From NCBI RefSeq assembly GCF_018977255.1, contig NW_024704747.1, forward strand, positions 434,001 to 498,000: a stretch of DNA of 64,000 bases, read 5' to 3'. Source of the stretch: Callorhinchus milii. Taxonomy: Eukaryota. Positions 59,501 through 64,000 of the stretch are shown here, in pieces. Under the pieces are notes generated by a model that saw nothing but the letters and a program-made list of their open reading frames with translations, was not told the origin of the DNA and did not search any database. Each line of letters starts with the position of its first letter. Within the stretch, counting starts at the first letter, position 1. Both the position numbers and the translations under genes were made by a program.

Positions 59501-62500
59501 GCTGTGCACAATTGGCTGCCGCGTTCGCCCACAAATATACAGTCAATTCACTTTACAGTATATTCTGTGAAGCGCTTTGGGACGTCCTCCCGACGTGAAA
59601 AGCGCTATATCAAATGTAAGAATTATTATTATAGATAGCAATTACAGTACTTAAATCTTCATGAGTTAATCAGTCAGTCAGCCAGGGTTTATAATGGGCA
59701 GATCATGTTTGACCAATTTAATAGAGTTTGTTGAAGTAGCAACTGAAAGTGTAGGACAAGGCAATGTTCTGGATGTTGTGTATCTGAGTTTCCAGGAGGC
59801 ATTTGATAAGGTGACACATGGAATATTGGTGGAGAATCTCAGGGTATGTGGATAGGTCTGGATAGAAAGGTGGTTGACAAAAAGGGTTAATAGAATCATA
59901 GGTGGAATCTTAGGTTCTCCTACAAAAGTAGTTACTGCACTTTATAATGAATCCTGAGTTTGAGATGGTCAATAATATGGTAAGGCAATATATCAAACGC
60001 AAGGATTATTATTATGAAATGAACTGGAGTTCAATACAGAACCTATAATGGCTTTGAAAAGGGAATTAGACTAATATTTGAAAAATAATAATTTGAAAAG
60101 ATACTGGAGAAAGTGCAGGAGTGGGAAAAATTAGGAAGTTGCTTCAGAGAGTCAGCATAGACATGACAGGCTGAGTGGTCGCCTTCTGTCCTGGTGAATT
60201 CTATGATTTGAACATACCTGATAATAATACCGCAAGACAAAAAAAAATAATAAAAATTGGTTACTTCAATCCACGACTGTTTGTGGGACACTGCTGTGCA
60301 CAATTGGCTGTTGTGTTTTGCCCACAAATATACAGCCATTCAATTTACAATATATTCTGTGAAGCACTTTGAGACGTCTAGAAGACGTATATCAAATGCA
60401 AGGATTATTATTATTGATTTTACCTGGAAATAAGTAAATCCACCTTTTCCTGTAATGCTTCCCCATATACAGCCTAGAGCAGGGTTGTCCAATACATTAA
60501 CCACTAGCCACATGTGGCTAATTGGGAATCCAAAGGTGGCAAAATTGTACTTTTGATTAACAAATAAAAAATGAGTAACACACCATTGTTGGGCATGTGA
60601 CCTCAACACTCATATTCGCATGTGTATTTTCACCTTTTTGTGAGTCCTGGTAAAATAATAAGACCAAAAGCAGCATGTGCGAGTATTTTTTGATCGTGCT
60701 TTACTTCCTTAGTTGTTGCTTATTGGTTAGCTGCTAAAATTGTGTGTAACATGGGTGAAAATGCTGGATCTGCCACATCTCGCTAAAGAAAACTAAATAA
60801 AGAGAAGACCCACACATGCCCTGCTCTCCATCACAATGTGGTTGGATGCTGCTTGCCCTTTGCCTGCTGGAGATGTCCTTATTGGTTGGGCGTGCTTTCT
60901 TCTGCTGACCTGGAACAGTTATTTTGATTGGTCGAGCTGACCATGATTGATAGCTCCCCTCCCCACACAATATTGTTACTGAAATCTGGAATTTTCAACG
61001 ACAACTTGCATTTATATAGTGCTATTCACGCAGGATAGCGTCCCGGAGCGCTTGACAGTGGTGGTGTCTGACCCTGAGCCAGGGGGAGAGAGGGGGAGCT
61101 GACCATAAGCACGATAACCATTTGCACCCTGGTTGCAGGTGAACGGAAAAGCAACCGACCAATTTGGTGAAAGAGAAAGACTGCAAAGTTTTGCAATGAA
61201 TGGTGGTAAAATGTTTAAGTAAATGTACATGTAAATGTACATCCAAAGTACACATACCTGTATCGTGTGAGTGCATGTAAGGTGTTTTCTGCTAAAATTA
61301 GTGCATGTGGCTAAAATGGTGTTGTCTGTGGCTATTTAGTGATTTCTATTGGATGACGCTGACGTAATGATTGTGTAGAAGCAAGCAATAGTTTGTTTAA
61401 CAACAAAGGAAAAAAGTTTACTGCATTAGAATTTTCATTGATACTCTTATTGACAAAGTCAAATTGAATTTGCAGAAGAGCGATGAAACCAGTGTGGCGC
61501 TAGATAAACTTCAGCGTAGGGTTCGCCTGATGGAAATACAGCTCTTACAACTGGAAGAAATACGCGAACAAGTGAGTACAGCAGCTGAAGTGCTATACCT
61601 AAATCTGTTTTGTTAGAATGATCCAGTTAACACTAGTAAGTCCTTAAATCATCGACAATTTACATACATTTAACAATTCACACAGCTGATTGTGGGCCCG
61701 AATTAGTAGGAGGGAAACTGAGAGTGGCCGAAAGATAGATCTTAAAATGGGTTTTGAAGGCAGGAGGGAGGGAGAATGACAGAGGGCCTCCAGCATAGGG
61801 TTCCAGAGAGTCGAAGCAGAATGGTTCAAATCTCACCTACCAATGGTGGGGAGAATCAGGTGGTGGACATGCAGCAGGCTGGTGCAGAATTGTGAGTTGA
61901 GAAGACGCTGACAGGAGCTAAGCAGGAGAGCCCTGGTCTTGTTGACCTTCACAACTGAAGAAAGTTAGAGCTCATCCAGGACTTGATATCTGAAAGGCAG
62001 TCGGTCAGAACAGCATTGGTCCTGGATTGAAGAATAAAAGAAGCAGAGCAATAGAGTTGAGTGTCCAAACAGCATACAAGTCCTGAGGAACTCTGTGTGT
62101 GACTCTGTGGGGGCGAGATTGGAATAAATGAATAAAATACAAAGAAAAAGGTTTTGTGTTCACCTTAGAAACACTAATAACTATCCTTCAGATTTCATTT
62201 CATCTGAGGGCTATGAGCGTTCAGGTCAAGTCTTTTTAAATGCTACGTACCTGGATTTACATTTTTTTTCACAGATAAACTCAAAATATACATTTCATCC
62301 TTTTCCCATTCAAACTGTCTTTTACAGGAGCGGGTTTACTGGCAGAAGAAAGTTGACCACATACAACATCTTGAACAAGCAGATCAAATCAAATCAGAAC
62401 TGGAACAGGCTTTGAAAGAGATTCATTGTGAATATGAACAGCTTGCTAAAAGGAATAAAGAGGATATGGAAAGATATAAGCAGAAGGTATATAGAAAAGC

Positions 62501-63760
62501 AACAATCCATCGTAGATACTGAATTGAGAATTTAGAAATGAATCCTAGGTTTTATAAATAAGTATACAATATAAAATCAAAGAGTCAATGCCAAACTTAC
62601 GTAAATTGTTAGGTAGACTGCAGTTAGAATATTGTGTTCAGTTTTTGGCATTCCACTTTAGGAAGGACATCAAGGTCATATAGAGACGGTGCAAAGGAGA
62701 TTTACTGGGTTGATATCGGGGATGAAATGGTTTGGCCTATGAGCAGAGACTGAAGGAATTGGGACTTCTTTTGTTAAACAAGGAAAATTATTCTTTTAAT
62801 TTGTGCTTTATTCATAGTTTGAGGAGGCAAGTAATATTTCATTGCAAAATGCTAGGAAGGAATTGGAATCCTATCGCAAAGAGTTGAGTGAATTAAAATT
62901 GAAAGTGAGTATCGAGCTATCTTTCCATTGGTAAAGTGCATCTCAGTTTTTTTCTCAGTAATATTAGTTACCCCAAATCCTACCACTCCACGCTTCCTGT
63001 CCTCAAATTCCTAAAAACCTACCTCGTCTCCATGCTTTTGTTTACAACCCTGTTACCCACTACTTCTCATCTTGCTATGGATTTCATACCAACTCTTTAT
63101 TTTATCCTATGTGAAAGATAATAATAATAATCCTTGTATTTGATAGAGTGCTTTTCACGTCTTCCAGTATAGAATATATTATAAAGTGAATTGATTGTAT
63201 ATTTTGTGGATGAAATGCGGCAGCTAATTGTGCACAGCCGTGTACCATAAACAGTCGTGGATTGAGTGACAAATTTTTTTTCTTGAGGGATTATTATCAT
63301 TATTAATTATTATTAGTAATTATTATTAATTATAATAATAGTGTTATCTTAATATTATTATTACGATGCTTTAGAAGTGCACATTGTTCTTGTTATAGTG
63401 ACATGGGATGTTTCGTATCTACCTGAGGCAGACATGTGCTCCTCAACTTCCCATCCAAAGGACAGCGCGTCCGACAATATAGCTGATCTATAAAAGACCT
63501 CTAAATACCCTTAATATGTAGCATATGTGTAACTGATCTATGAAATCATTTTCTTCTAAAAATAAGGATGAATTAATGAAGAACACACTGCTAGATAAGG
63601 AAAGAGAAATGAACAAGTGTAGGGATGTCGGTAAAGCAATGGAAAAGAAGATTGTAATTCATACAAATGAATATCAGGAACTGCTCAATGTAAAGACTCA
63701 ACTTGAGCAGGAGATTGCTGCTTACAAAAATCTTCTGAATCAGGTGGAGAAGAAAGCAAG
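56563..63760 (+). CDS. Divergent intermediate filament protein with type III-like gene structure; partial, continues beyond the window
   Basis: Exons 56563-56924, 58776-58836 (61 nt, GC donor), 61476-61571 (96 nt), 62328-62486 (159 nt), 62818-62904 (87 nt), 63567-63760 (acceptor less certain). Frame is open across all joins. Coil 1A motif KERFKDLNDRFAKYI, coil 2 start LEQALKEIHCEYEQLAKRNKE, rod end EYQELLNVKTQLEQEIAAYKNLL. Confidence 0.85.
57336..57644 (-). mobile_element. Full-length tRNA-derived SINE
   Basis: Same head, body and tail as 6976-7308. Confidence 0.9.
59150..59890 (+). mobile_element. CR1 LINE RT fragment split by the SINE at 59319
   Basis: VPLFKKG..N.RPVS, GRSCLTNLIEF, DVVYLSFQEAFDKV. 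Other CR1 pieces at about 20545-20676, 35540-35760, 40270-40935 (-), 45675-45885, 62555-62780. Confidence 0.85.
59319..59632 (+). mobile_element. Full-length tRNA-derived SINE inserted in a CR1 fragment
   Basis: Same family as 6976-7308; possible TAGATA target-site duplication. Confidence 0.9.
60480..61361. mobile_element. Non-autonomous hAT (Charlie1/MER3-like) DNA transposon remnant
   Basis: Imperfect terminal inverted repeats CAGGGTTGTCCAATA ... TATTGGATGACGCTG, subterminal CCACTAGCCACATGTGGCTA and TGTGGCTA motifs, left flank GCCTAGAG resembling a Charlie target site. Confidence 0.6.
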
Positions 63761-64000
63761 GTTAGTACTTTGTAAGTAAGGCTTGTAGGTCAAGTATACC
63801 AACAACTTACATTTGTACAGCATTTTTCATGTTGGGAGCATGTCTCAAAGCGCTTCACACAGCTGACTGGAAGCCTGAGCTGGGGGGTGGGAGAACTGAA
63901 GGGGGTGGGGGAGGCGCCTAAAAGTGTGGTTGAAAATAAAATTCTTAAGGTGGGCCTTAAAGATGTATGGGAAGGGGCGAGGCAGACGGAGTTCAGGATA

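Noticed and set aside
56563-63760. Naming the IF gene DES, VIM or a keratin
   Set aside because: Too divergent from canonical type III proteins for a symbol, and the intron pattern does not fit type I or II keratins; needs phylogeny.

Overview
Vertebrate genomic DNA, not prokaryotic. The repeat repertoire (tRNA-headed and Deu-domain SINEs, L2 and CR1 LINEs, a 54-bp GGGTTAGA satellite) suggests a cartilaginous fish; this is inference. By reading splice sites and frames by hand I reconstructed four complete spliced genes: CNOT9/RQCD1 (-, 8 coding exons, 298 aa), USP37 (+, 23 coding exons, 975 aa), BCS1L (+, 7 coding exons, 419 aa) and ABCB6 (-, 19 coding exons, 848 aa). All four are human 2q35 neighbours but lie in a different order here. 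The window ends in the first six exons of a strongly divergent intermediate-filament gene. It has type III (desmin/vimentin-like) exon architecture, a GC-AG intron, a shortened rod and an altered rod-end motif, and it is the best candidate for something undescribed. Secondary highlights: minisatellites that have amplified splice signals, loss of the CDK site in USP37, an apparent 9-nt intron shift and a relocated glycosylation sequon in ABCB6, inverted duplications flanking the ABCB6 start exon, and very tight gene packing. Most ORFs in the supplied track are repeat or antisense artefacts. Human comparisons are from memory of the reference sequences and need checking by alignment.
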